From assembly GCF_006345805.1 (NCBI RefSeq), contig NC_043020.1:21328001-21392000 (forward strand): a stretch of DNA of 64,000 bases, given 5' to 3'. Below the pieces are notes generated by a model. The model worked only from the letters and a program-made list of their open reading frames with translations, did no database searches and was not told the DNA's origin. This stretch comes from Octopus sinensis (taxonomy: Eukaryota). Shown here in pieces: positions 1-11,478 of this stretch; within the stretch, counting starts at the first letter, position 1, and every line of letters begins with the position of its first letter. A program made the translations under genes and the position numbers.

Positions 1-927
1 TCACACATACATATACATATCTACACATACACATATATATGTATACATACACACACTCACTTGCATACACGTATACACACATGTATATATACACACACGA
101 CCACACATACATATACACACAGAAAAATATATATATACACATACACACACATCTACTCACATACACGCATACACACACAAATCCATACACACACATATGC
201 ACACACAGCACACTAGTCCCTATATACACATATATACACATACACACATATATATATATACACACCCACACATACACATACATACACATATATATACATA
301 CATACACATACATATACACATATATATGCATACACATATATATATATATATACACATATATATACATATGTGTACCCATGCATACCTACACATACACACA
401 TATATATATACATATACAAATACAGACCCATTCCCTAATTTTAATTTTATTATCTTTGTTTATTACTTTTGTTATCTTTGGCCGCTTGGTCACAAACATC
501 TTGGCTATGACAGCCAGACCATTTATCCGTCTACTGGAAAACAATTACTCATTCACTCACGCACACTCTTTAGCACGTACACTCACTCATTCATACACTC
601 ATACGCATACACGCACGCACGCGTTATATTCATACATACATACATCTACATACATTCACGTATATACACATACGTACGCGTACCTACAGATTCATGTCTA
701 CACTCTTAGAAGGCTAGTCTATACATATACACCAATAAATATAAATACACACACATACATGTACACCTACATACAAATACATACATGTACATATATATAT
801 ATATATATATACGCGTACCTACAGATTCATGTCTACACTCTACGAAGGCTAGTCTATACATATACACCCATAAGTATAAATACACACACATACATACATG
901 TACACCTACATACAAATACATACATGT

Positions 928-992
<65 letters not shown>

Positions 993-1163
993 TATACATA
1001 TATATATTCATACTAACATGCATACTCAAAAAATAAGTAAATAGTAAATATATATACGCGCAGTTATTCATACATGCATACTCAAAAAATAAATATTAAG
1101 TATATGTACGTGCAGTTACCTATTATATAGACGGATACATACATATAATAAACTTACACACAT

Positions 1164-1212
<49 letters not shown>

Positions 1213-1277
1213 CATACATACACACACATATATATAAATATATACATACACACATACACCTACATATACACATACAC

Positions 1278-1336
<59 letters not shown>

Positions 1337-1806
1337 TACACATACATATACATACACATATATATACACATACTTACACATGTGCATATAAATACACACA
1401 TAGATAACTCTACGTACCTACACATACATAAACACACGAGCGTACGCGCATATGTACATATACATATACCCATGCACACGCATATATATACATACATACA
1501 TACACATACACACATGTATACACACACACTCACATACACATATATATACATACACATATATATACACATATATATATATATGTATACATATATATATATA
1601 TATATATACACACACATATACATACACACACACATACACACACATATATATACATGTGTGCAAACATACATACATTCTCATACAAGCACACACACTTACA
1701 TTTACATATATACACACACTTACACACATATATATATACATACACACACATATATACACATACATATGCATACACACAAATATACATATATACATACATA
1801 CATCTA

Positions 1807-1839
<33 letters not shown>

Positions 1840-1867
1840 GCACATACCTATATATATATATATATAT

Positions 1868-1928
<61 letters not shown>

Positions 1929-2040
1929 TATACATACACACATATATATATTTTTTTACATACATACACGCACGCACACACATAATACATGCGTATAATC
2001 CTACTATACCCATACATTTCTATACATATATACGATACAC
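1..2040. repeat. Compound (AT)n/(AC)n microsatellite field
   Basis: Nearly continuous ACAT/AT/AC repeats with short duplicated islands (about 678-740 and 813-870; about 1005 and 1065). Confidence 0.97.
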
Positions 2041-3368
2041 ATCTACAAGCGTGCACATACAATATGTGAAAGGTCTTAGGAGAAAAGGTAATCGGGGGTG
2101 CTAGGGGGACGGTGGGATTGGGGTGGTTTTGTGGGTGGGGTGTCATCAATCTGGTTGCCGGGTAGGTCTATAGTTCTTGTAGTTCGCATACTTCATATGC
2201 ATACAATTTGGGGAGTGTTCTGAGATTTTGTTAAGGAGAGGGCCTTTGGCGAACAAGATCTCTAGGCTCTCCGATATGCAGAGGTCACAGCAGGTATGGC
2301 CTCCTGTGTACGAGCGCGCCTTCTGTAGTAGTTTCCACTTGGTCTTGAAGGGGATGGAATTCCTTTTGAGGTACCAGATGTGGGCGGCGAGGGTAGTTTG
2401 GTTGGATTTATCCTGTCGCCGGAACGAGTGTGTGTGTGCGTACCAACGGGTCTTAAAGCTGTTTGACGTCATTCCTATGTAGGATTTTCTTTTATCGTCA
2501 GGGCCTGATCTTACCTCGCATGTATATACTAGGTCCCTCTGTAGGCAGTTGTTGTTGAGGGGGCAGGTAGTTTTATCAGGGCAGTTGCAATTGCTATCGG
2601 ACGTTGGATGGGCCTCGGAAAAAGTAGGTATGTTAAGTTTTTTCACATTGTTGTTGGCTAGGTTCCTGGCTAGATTGGGCGTGGTAGAGTAGGAGAGTCT
2701 AATAGTGTTCTTATTTAGGATAGTGTAGTACTTATGTTGGGTGGGGAAGTGTTTCTGTAGGAGAGTGAAGAAGATTTTAGCTACAGGTGTAGCGACCTCA
2801 CGGTTGAAGGGGGGGTTGTACCAGCTAATGTGTCTTCGTCTATTTTTCCTGGGTTGGCGTGGGGCTATACTAGTATAGGTAATCTTATCTTTGAAGCCAC
2901 TACGGGCCAGGGCCTCGTTGTAATAGGGGGCTGCGGCCTTAAAGATATCTTCCGTGGCGGACAGGCTAGAAATTCTAATTGAGACACTTTTTACTAGGTT
3001 ATCTAATATATTTTTGGGGTGGTTTGAATTAATATCTATATATTTAAGGGATTCATTCGGTTTGTGGTACGGGTAATAAAGTGAGGTTTTTAAGTCGAGG
3101 GTGACATCAAGGAAGTTAGCTTTAGTTAAGTTGGATTCTAAGGTAATCCTAAGGCCTAAGTTTTAAAGAAGGTGTAAAGATTTTTCCGGAACCCATCCGT
3201 GGTTCTGGGGTTTACTTTGTGGAGGGCGAAAAGGCCGTCATCGCGGTAAAGACCACCGGAGAGGCCTGTGAATAGGGTTTTCAGCCTATGGAGGATGAAA
3301 AGGCCCACTAGGTCACTTATTTCAGCAGAGTCGTTAGCACCCATGCTGACGTCGAAGGGGGTCACAGA
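2040..3368 (-). mobile_element. 5'-truncated Penelope-like retroelement (RT C-terminal half plus GIY-YIG endonuclease), Naiad-like by motif
   Basis: FDVSMGANDSAEISDLVG and GLYRDDGL in frame 3365-3156. A stop-free frame 3162-2146 (338 aa, translated by hand) follows, with NFLDVTLDL, NSNHP, WYNPPF, CNCPDKTTCPL, LVYTCEV..SYIGMT (GIY-YIG) and CDLC. Confidence 0.92.
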
Positions 3369-3484
3369 TTTTTATTTTTATTTTTATTTTTATTTTTATT
3401 TTTATTTTTATTTTTTATTTTTTATATTTTATATTTTATATTTATTTTTTATTTTTTATTTTTTATTTTTTATTTTTTATTTAT
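3369..3484 (+). repeat. (TTTTTA)n-like T-rich tract at the 5' truncation of the PLE
   Basis: About 115 nt of T-rich simple repeat. Confidence 0.9.
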
Positions 3485-3626
3485 TCTCCTATCTAATTTA
3501 ACACTGACTCCTTGACCACTCCCCCAAGTATGATTTCTTGCGCTATGCCTACCCCCAAAAAGTCCCCCACCAACACCCCTTTAAACCTGCCTAAATGTAT
3601 AAATGCCAATACAATTCTTGTTAACT

Positions 3627-3677
3627 AGCTTCCTGAAGATTTCTCTTGAATGAAACAGTTCTAGTCCTGTAGAAGCT
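3627..3677 (+). ncRNA. Type I hammerhead ribozyme motif (variant core CUGAAGA)
   Basis: agcttc-CTGAAGA-tttctcttgaat-GAAA-cag[ttctagtc]ctg-TA^gaagct. Stem I is 6 bp, stem III is cag/ctg, the cleavage triplet is GUA, and stem II is weak (3 bp plus U.U). Confidence 0.6.
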
Positions 3678-3693
3678 CCTTCTATATAATAAA

Positions 3694-3728
<35 letters not shown>

Positions 3729-3888
3729 ATTAGAAAAAAAAACACCTTTTATCAATTCAAAACGAACAATTAAATTACACCATCTAGAAAATTACATATA
3801 ATAGAAATATCAAAATTAAAATAATGATAATATACCAATGATTAAGTAAATTGCAAAAAAATAATAAAAACGTATATAATTGGTAGAA

Positions 3889-3991
3889 TAACGACATGTT
3901 TCGTGGCTATATTTAAGAAATGATTATAGTCAAAAAAATTAATAGTAGTAGTAAAATCACTTCCATATAAATATAGCCACTCATCAGGTTA
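3889..3991 (-). ncRNA. Type I hammerhead ribozyme with minimal palindromic stem III
   Basis: Minus strand: taac-CTGATGA-gtggctatattta...taaatatagccac-GAAAC-at-GTC^gtta. Stem II has 13 perfect bp and the stem III palindrome is ACAUGU. Confidence 0.8.
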
Positions 3992-4591
3992 AAAATAAAC
4001 TAGAATAATAAAATGATTAATTAATAAATATACTTTAAAATATATATATATATTAATATATAAGATACTAAATATTAAGTGAAAACTAAAAACAATACTT
4101 AAATTATTCAATACTTTAAAATTAAATAATATACACAATACTAGTACAAGTCATTCATATTGTAATCAGAATAAGAAATGGTTCAAATATAGACAAACTC
4201 ATTAAATAAACTAACTATATAATTAATATATAGATTTAATCTATAGATTTAATATATCACTCTATAATATAGTTGACTAAATATCAATTAATACCTAATT
4301 ATCTTAAATTTAAGACTACTTAATAAATATACCACCTAATAATAAAATAATATATTGTCTAACAAAATTAATTTGCAAATTAAATTAAATGTAATACGTT
4401 AGATCCCTTTATAAAAAATAAAAAAATAATGACTTGTGCTAGCATTGTGTATATTAATTAATTTTAAAGTATTGAATAATTTAAGTATTGTTTTTAGTTT
4501 TCACTTAATATTTAGTATCTTATATATTAATATATATATATATTTTAAAGTATATTTATTAATTAATTATTTTATTATTCTAGTTTATTTT

Positions 4592-4696
4592 TAACCTGAT
4601 GAGTGGCTATATTTATATCCAAGTGGTTTTACTACTACTATTAATTTTTTTTACTATAATCATTTCTTGAATATAGCCCCGAAACACGTGTCGTTA
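4592..4696 (+). ncRNA. Type I hammerhead ribozyme with minimal palindromic stem III
   Basis: taac-CTGATGA(4596-4602)-gtggctatatt...aatatagcccc-GAAAC(4681)-acgt-GTC^gtta; palindrome ACACGUGU. Confidence 0.8.
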
Positions 4697-4870
4697 TTCT
4701 ACCAATTATATACGTTTTTATTATTTTTTTGCAATTTACTTAATCATCAGTATATTATCGTTATTTTAATTTTAATATTTCTATTATATGTAATTTTCTA
4801 GATGGTGTAATTTAATTGTTCATTTTGAATTGATAAAAGGTGGGGTTTTTTCTAATGTTTATATATACAT

Positions 4871-4928
<58 letters not shown>

Positions 4929-4999
4929 CATAAATATATACCCAGGCCTATTCCCCATTTTTTTTAGGAACTGGTAGCTACAGCAAGACACACATCATG

Positions 5000-6170
5000 C
5001 ATTCCATACATTTCCCAGCTCAAAGGGGCGAGTTCTGTTCATTGCTTAGGTCAAGGCATAGAACACAACCCCCTATATCAGCAGCGGGGCCTGACAGCAT
5101 ATGCTGTTTCACCCCCACTGCATCATGCTGGTTCCATACCCCTTTGAGCAACATCAAAATTCACTCATCCGTCCACAAACACTCTCCAAGTTTTCCTATC
5201 ATTTATAAACTCACTTGCCTCTCTCACTCCAACACTTCTAACCACCAAATCCGCCTCCATACAGTTCAGCAAAGTGCCACTGAAATTCTGACACATCTGC
5301 TTCGACTTGTGTACCATGCGGCCGTCCCAACCCCTCAAAGACCAAATTGCAATTTTTATTACCACATTGCACCTCAGCCACCTGAGCCCATCAAACAGCT
5401 TTTGTTCCTTCTTGCTTCAGAGCATGTGCTGTAACTCTGACAATGCAATTTTCAAGCTTGGTGTTGAAGAATTGGTTAGAGAACCAATCTCACTGCCAGC
5501 ACATTGGCCGCTATGCTTCTACTGAGTGCTTCTTTTAATTTCCTAACAAGGTTTCACTCTACTCTAGTCTTCTCTATTACTAATTCTCTGCTAAATTTTA
5601 CAACTTCTACTCTAATCACCTATTCTAGGGCTCCCACCATCGGTTGTTGATGACTGTACCCATCAACTTTCAACGGACTAACTTGCCAAGCCAGTCTCTG
5701 AAAGCTTGACGAACCCGGAAGGAGCATTCAGCTTCCAGTATCCAGGTCCCTGCCTATGGAGCCTATCAAGGTCAACCATACAGATCACAAATTTATAGTC
5801 TGTGTAGTTGACAAATTCAAATATGCTATTCCTATCTGCTGGCCTACAAAATACCCTATCTAGATAAGATCTAGATGATCCGATACTGTTTACCCATGTC
5901 CACACTGGAGTGTTCAGGAAATCCAGTCTGAACCTGTCTGCCAGTTGGAAATGACTGAGCAGGTTTGTGAGGCTTGTGCATTCCCCACTTCCTATCTGCT
6001 AGCCCCACCCAATCCACACATGCAGCCAAAATGGCATTCCAATCACCCATTAACACTAAAGAGCGAGACATCCCTAGAAAGGCTTCCAGATGTCTGAAGA
6101 ACTCCAGCTGCCCTGCTCCAGTTGGTGCATACACTGTGACTGGTCTAAAAGTACTGCCTTCATAATCCAA
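5000..6170 (-). mobile_element. Tx1/L1-clade LINE fragment (AP endonuclease and linker)
   Basis: VYAPTGAGQLEFF...LVLMGDWNAIL, WTWVNSIGSSRSYLDRVF and GPGYWKLN; frameshifted. Confidence 0.75.
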
Positions 6171-6598
6171 TCTATAACTAGAAATAAAAAGGGAGAAAGT
6201 ATACAGCCCTGTTGAACTCCTGTTTTAACTTCAACTTTATCCGTAGCTCCGTTTCCATGCAAGACTCAGCAAGACATTCCTTGGTAAGTTGCTCTTATTA
6301 TAGATATATACTTGTCTGGTATGCCGTAGTGCTGCATAATTTTCCATAAGCCTATCAAATGCTTTTTCGAAATCAATAAAGTTAATATAAAGTGGTGACT
6401 TCCACTCTGCACTTTGCTCTACAATGGTGCAAAGAGTGATGATTTGATCTACACATGAACGGTTCTTCCTAAATTCAGCTTGTTCTTTACGCAACAATTT
6501 GTCAACTGCTGTCCTCATCGACTCTAAAAGTATCCTGTTAAAAACTTTTCTGGGAGTCAATAATAGCATAATCCCTCTATAATTTCCGCAAATGCTTA
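6170..6598 (-). mobile_element. RTE-clade LINE RT fragment (non-inverted part)
   Basis: NYRGIMLL, LRKEQAEFRKNRSCVDQI, FIDFEKAFD and GVQQGCILSPFLF. Confidence 0.88.
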
Positions 6599-8700
6599 CA
6601 AATTGGACATTTTGGGTTTGTGTGAAACTAGGTGGATTGATAATGGACAAACTAAGCTAGCTTCAGGAAAAACAATTATATACTCAGGGCACAAAGATGA
6701 CAAGACGCGTCACACAAGGGAATTAACTCTGATACTGACTAAGATAGCGGTTAAAGCATTAATAGAATGGCTACCCATAAACGAAAGATTGATACTAACA
6801 AAGTTTAGAATGTCTCATCATCATCATCATCATTTAACGTCCGCTTTCCATGCTAGCATGGGTTGGACGGTTCAACTGGTGTCTGGGGAGCCCGAAGGCT
6901 GCACCAGGCCAGTCAGATCTGGCAGTGTTTCTACAGCTGGATGCCCTTCCTAATGCCAACCACTCCGAGAGTGTAGTGGGTGATTTTATGTGCCACCGAC
7001 ACAGGTGCCAGACGAGGCTGGCGAACGGCCACGCTCGGATCGTGTTTTTTATGTGCCACCGACACAGGTGCCAGACGAGGCTGGCAGACGGCCACGCTCG
7101 GATGGTGTTTTTATGTGCCACCGACACAGGTGCCAGATGAGGCTGGCGAACGGCCACGATCGGATGGTGTTTGTTACGTGCCCACAGCACGGAGGCCAGT
7201 CAATGCGGTACTGGCTACAGCCACGCTCGGATAGTTTTCTTGTGTGCCACCGGCACTGGTACCACAAAGATACAAATTCCATTGATGTTCATCTATTTTG
7301 ATTTGTCTTGATAAGCGAATTTTCCTAATAATCGTTATGTGCTACGCCCCAACAAATGAAGTTGATGAATTAGCAAAAGTCGAATTTTATGATACTCTAC
7401 AGAGCGTAATTGAAAAATGGACTGGAAAAGAATTGATAATGGTTATGGGTGATTTCAACGCAAAAGTCGGAAACATTAATCTAGGATTTGAAGCCTTTAT
7501 GGGAAAACATAGTTTAGGAAGCATGACTGCAAATGGCCAGTTATTTGCCGATTTTTGCGCAAATAACCAGATGGTCATTAGAGGAACTTTATTTCCGCAC
7601 AAAGACCTTCACAAAGCTACATGGATATCGCCAGATCTGAAAATGCAAATCAGTTCAATCGCATCTGTGTAAGCTGCAAGTTCAAGAGATCACTGTTAGA
7701 TGTTAGGGTAAAAAGAGGGGCTGACGCAGCCTCCGACCACCACCTACTATTTGGCAAACTACAACTGAAGTTAAGAGCTTTAAAAGAGGAATGTAAGGTT
7801 CAACAAAAATACAGTGTTGATTTACTAAAAAACGAAGATACCCAAATAAAATATAAAAAAGCATTATTATGCAAATCAATGCAAGTAAAAAGGATGCAAG
7901 GCAACACAATAGAACATACTTGGTCGAAAATTAAGGATGCCTTTATTTCATTATTAGAAGAATGCGTAGGGTGTGTAAACAAAAAGAATAAGACATGGAT
8001 ATCAGAAGTGACACTAACAGCCATAGAAGTAAGAAAGAAGCTAAAGGAAAAATTACTATCGGCAAGCTTAGAAGTAGAGATAAATAGATGTCAGGGAAAT
8101 TACAACCAACAAAATAAGAAAGTTAAAAAACAATTAAGAAGAGACAAGCGAAAATATTTCAAAAATTTAGCAACGACAGCAGAAAGTGCAGCTCAGCGCC
8201 AGAACATGAAAGAGCTGTACAACACAACTAAATTACTATTCGAGAAGAGAGTAAGAGTAGAAAAGGCAGTAAAAGGGAAGGATGGCTGGATGCTAAGATC
8301 AATTCTAGAACAAAAAAAAAATCGATGGAAGGAGAATTTTGAAGATTTGCTCAATAGACTACCTCCAGACACAATAGCCAACATTGTGCCAAGAAATTTG
8401 GATCTTAACATCAGCCTTGACCCACCGTCCAAGTTTGAAATAAGAAAGGCTATACAATCCTTCAAGAATGGGAAAGCGGGAGATGTAGACAACATTCCAG
8501 CTGAAGCAATGAAATCAGCTATAGAAATAACGGTAGAAATGTTTTATCCATTATTTTCTAAGATATGGCAGAAAGAAAATGTGCCTAATGATTGGAAAGA
8601 GAGACTCGTTGTAAAATTGCCAAAAAAAGGTGATTTAAGCATTTGCGGAAATTATAGAGGGATTCTGCTATTATTGACTCCCGGAAAAGTTTTTAACAGG
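6596..8700 (+). mobile_element. RTE-clade LINE, endonuclease to RT start (inverted 5' part), interrupted by a SINE-like insertion
   Basis: ILGLCETRW, CYAPTNE, MGDFNAKVG, SDHHLL and ORF 7621..8715 ending LPKKGDLSICGNYRGILLL. Confidence 0.9.
6817..7290 (-). mobile_element. RTE-tail SINE-like repeat with (GAT)n tail and about five internal 62-bp tandem units
   Basis: Unit starts at about 6988, 7051, 7113, 7176 and 7242. The same tail occurs at the 3' ends of RTE copies (14865-15265, 39000-39165). Confidence 0.8.
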
Positions 8701-8714
8701 TCACAGGTAGTCTA

Positions 8715-8754
<40 letters not shown>

Positions 8755-8756
8755 CA

Positions 8757-9892
8757 GGTTATCCCATAAGTAATGTTGTTTTCCAGCCCATTCCACAGGT
8801 GCATAAATACCACAGAGCAAGGAAAGCTTCTGTTAGATAGATTTTGGCTTGCAGACACACATGAAAATGGAGGTCACAAAAGAGCACATTAAACATGTCA
8901 TGCTTTGCAAGTATAAAAAAGGAAACAGTGCAACATATGCTATAAAAAATGTACAAGAAGTGAATGGTGAAGGTGTTTTGAATATTCACAAGCGTCATAA
9001 AATTTATTCTATAAATTTCAACAAGGGGAATTTAGCTTGGAAGATGCCTGCCACTCTGGGCGCCCTGTCTCTTTTGATAATGATGTGTTGAAAGCTGCTA
9101 CTGGAATAAACCCATATGTAACTGTTGAAGAGTTAGCAGAAGAGGTTAATTCATCATCATCAACTGTCCATCACTATTTGCAAGAACTTGGAATCATGTC
9201 TAAGCTTGGCAAGTGTGTTCCACATCAAAGAGAACATGTCAATATCTGCACTGCTCTTTATTCGTGTGAGAAAAAGATCTTCATTTTTGAATTGCCTAGT
9301 GACTGGTGATGAAAAGTGGGGTAGAAGAACAAGTAAGACCCCATCCAAAACAAGATCATCCTTGGAAGGTTTTGTTAAGTGCTAGGTGAGACATGTTTAG
9401 TGTAATACACTTTGAAACCTTGCCACAAACCACACAATTACAGATCAAGTGTACAGTGTATAAATTGATAAATTGAAGGAAAAACTTACTGAAAGAATGT
9501 GCTCTCTAGTCAATCAAAAGAGTGTCATTTTCCATCATGACAATGCCAGACCTCATAGTGCAAGAATCACATGTGCCAAGATTGAGGAGCTAGGTTGGGA
9601 AAGGCTTCCACATCCTCTGGATTCTCCTGACCTTGATCCTTCAGATTATCATTTATTCTGAAGCTTGCAAAATTTTATTGATGGAAAAAATACAACTTCT
9701 TAGAGGCATTAGGGTTTTTCTCTTCTAAACCAGCTGATTTCAATAAGAATAGCATAAAATCTCTTTTACAGCATCGGAAGAATATTATTGATTCTGATGG
9801 GGAATATATAGTTGATTAAATTAGTACTTTACTTGCTTTTTTATTTCATCAAATCCTACTACAAAAAAAATGATATTACTTACAGGATAATA
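8757..9892 (+). mobile_element. Degenerate mariner (Tc1/mariner) transposon
   Basis: VTGDEKW, FHHDNARPH and LPHPLDSPDLDPSDYHLF; imperfect TIRs ttatcccataagtaat / attacttacaggataa. Confidence 0.85.
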
Positions 9893-9924
9893 TGACATAT
9901 ATATGTGCATGCCTAGAGTAAAGG

Positions 9925-10250
9925 CATGGCTGTGCGGTTACGAAGCTCACTTTGCAACTCCATGATCTTGATTCAATCCCATTATGAGTGGATTTTGTAG
10001 GCAGAAACTTTGTGGAAATCCGTCATGTAAATGTGTATGCGTGTATGTGTGTGTGTCTTTGTGTAGTGCTTGTTCACCACCACCTTTTGACAACTAATGT
10101 TGGTTTGTTTGGATCCCTGAAACTTAGCAGTTCAGCATATGAAACCAACAGAATAAGTACCTAACTTTCATAATATGTACTGGAACTGATTTGCCCAACT
10201 CAACACTTCAAAGCAGTGCTGAGACACTGCCTTGACTGAGGCAAGTAAAA
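9925..10250 (+). mobile_element. tRNA-derived-like SINE
   Basis: Head ggctgtgcggtt...ttcaatccca with a (TG)n core; related copies lie near 12770-13095(-), 23700-23900(-), 32255-32370(+) and 41200-41345(+). Confidence 0.6.
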
Positions 10251-10788
10251 GTAAATGATAAAAATAGAGTGGATAAGAAGAACTGAAATAAACTTAACTA
10301 TATAACAAACCTTGCATTGAATGAATAAGAATGTAAACACATTCCTTCAATGTTTTTGATGTGTGGGATAAAAAGATGAGTTGGGTGAGTTTTTCTACAT
10401 ACCAAATGAGTATGTTTATATTCTTATTTTACCTACAGTTAAGCTTAGATTTCTAATATATAAACAGCAGTAGTTGATCTTCAAATTAAGGAAATGTATT
10501 CTCATTGGTTTTTCAAATTACTGATACTACTTGTCAAAAGTGTCATTGCTTTGCTGTTTTTTATATTAATACAAAAGGATTTAAACTCAGAATGCACGAA
10601 GCTGGAATGGACACCACAAATACCATGTCTGATGCTCAAACAATTCTGCCAACCCACAGCTGTATTAAATAAAGTTTACATATTTTACTAAGCACTTCCA
10701 AAATCTTGATGGCATTGAAAATTAATTGAAATACATTCACAATCTACTCATGCGTAGTGAATTAGTTAATATTGAGAATCAAACTGAC

Positions 10789-11002
10789 CTTTGTCCAGCA
10801 TAGAGAACTGCCACAGCACTAGCAACAATATCTTTGCCGTCCAAAGACTTTGGAGGACTATTTGGTGCCTTGGGCAGGTTTGTACTGACTTGGATGTGGG
10901 GTAAAGCAGGCACTACTTCTATGACATGTTGTACATTGTGCAAATATGGAATATCTTTCAGTTTACAATGGCTGCGTACTCCATAAACATGGCTGACATA
11001 AC
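10789..11002 (-). CDS. TRAPPC9: TRAPPC9 exon (214 nt): GYVSHVYGVRSHCKLKDIPYLHNVQHVIEVVPALPHIQVSTNLPKAPNSPPKSLDGKDIVASAVAVLYAGQR
   Basis: tttacag acceptor, gtcagt donor; resembles GYHTTVFGV...VEVIPALPRLQISTSLP...LYNGES. Confidence 0.92.
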
Positions 11003-11351
11003 CTGTAAATAGAAATAATATAGTGAATGCAGGTGGTGTAAAATGTGGAGGTAGGGTGCATGGAATGAAAAAGACTCTGTAATGGGGATGAAGAAGAATG
11101 AATTGTTGACTTTTATCACCACTATTACAACTATCATCATTATTATCACTGCCATTATTGCATTTATCTTTGCCATCATTATTGATATCGTTGCCATTTT
11201 TATCATTGTCACTGTCAGCATCATTAATATCAACTGTGACATCATCATCTTTATCAGCTGCAATAGCAGTTACAACAAGAAAAATAACAGCAGCAGTAAG
11301 AACAACAACAGTAACAACAAAATGGAGTTTCAAAGAATAACCTTGACATAC

Positions 11352-11478
11352 CATATATGTTGAGGTCAGAACTTGTCTTTGGAATGCCAGAAAGTTTGAT
11401 CAGATGATGTTTCGATTCAGCGGGGATTTCAGCATTTATTGGAAACACATCCATATCTACCCCATCTGTTAATAAACT
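11352..11478 (-). CDS. TRAPPC9: TRAPPC9 exon (127 nt): SLLTDGVDMDVFPINAEIPAESKHHLIKLSGIPKTSSDLNIY
   Basis: ttgtcag acceptor, gtatg donor; resembles GLLTSGVEFESLP...LPAESG...LVGVP. Confidence 0.9.

Larger units (their letters stand above)
3722..4865. repeat. Long inverted-repeat element: about 435-bp arms (3722-4155, 4428-4865) and about 270-bp spacer, flanked by (AT)n
   Basis: The arms are reverse complements with scattered substitutions, e.g. ctagtacaagtcat 4141-4154 vs atgacttgtgctag from 4429. Confidence 0.93.

Noticed and set aside
2143-2148. Tandem TGA TGA at the end of the PLE ORF as possible selenocysteine recoding (known in some Naiad PLEs)
   Set aside because: The codons do not fall at Cys positions, read-through gives only a short Pro/Thr-rich low-complexity stretch before TAG, and no SECIS was recognised.
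39-2149. Many long Y/T/H/I- or V/C/M/Y-rich ORFs
   Set aside because: They are translations of dinucleotide microsatellites, open on both strands, with no domain signal.
4997-5525. Plus-strand ORFs of 145 and 72 aa
   Set aside because: They are antisense shadows of the Tx1/L1-like fragment.
6988-7260. Regularly spaced 62-bp units resembling a CRISPR array
   Set aside because: The units are head-to-tail tandem copies with no unique spacers, there are no cas genes, and the context is a eukaryotic SINE.
1-10788. Next downstream TRAPPC9 exon
   Set aside because: No phase-2 exon resembling the expected continuation was found by eye among the repeats; a short divergent exon cannot be fully excluded.
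10779-11354. 191-aa ORF as a single gene
   Set aside because: Only 10789-11002 is exonic; the rest is intronic ATC/AAC trinucleotide-rich sequence.
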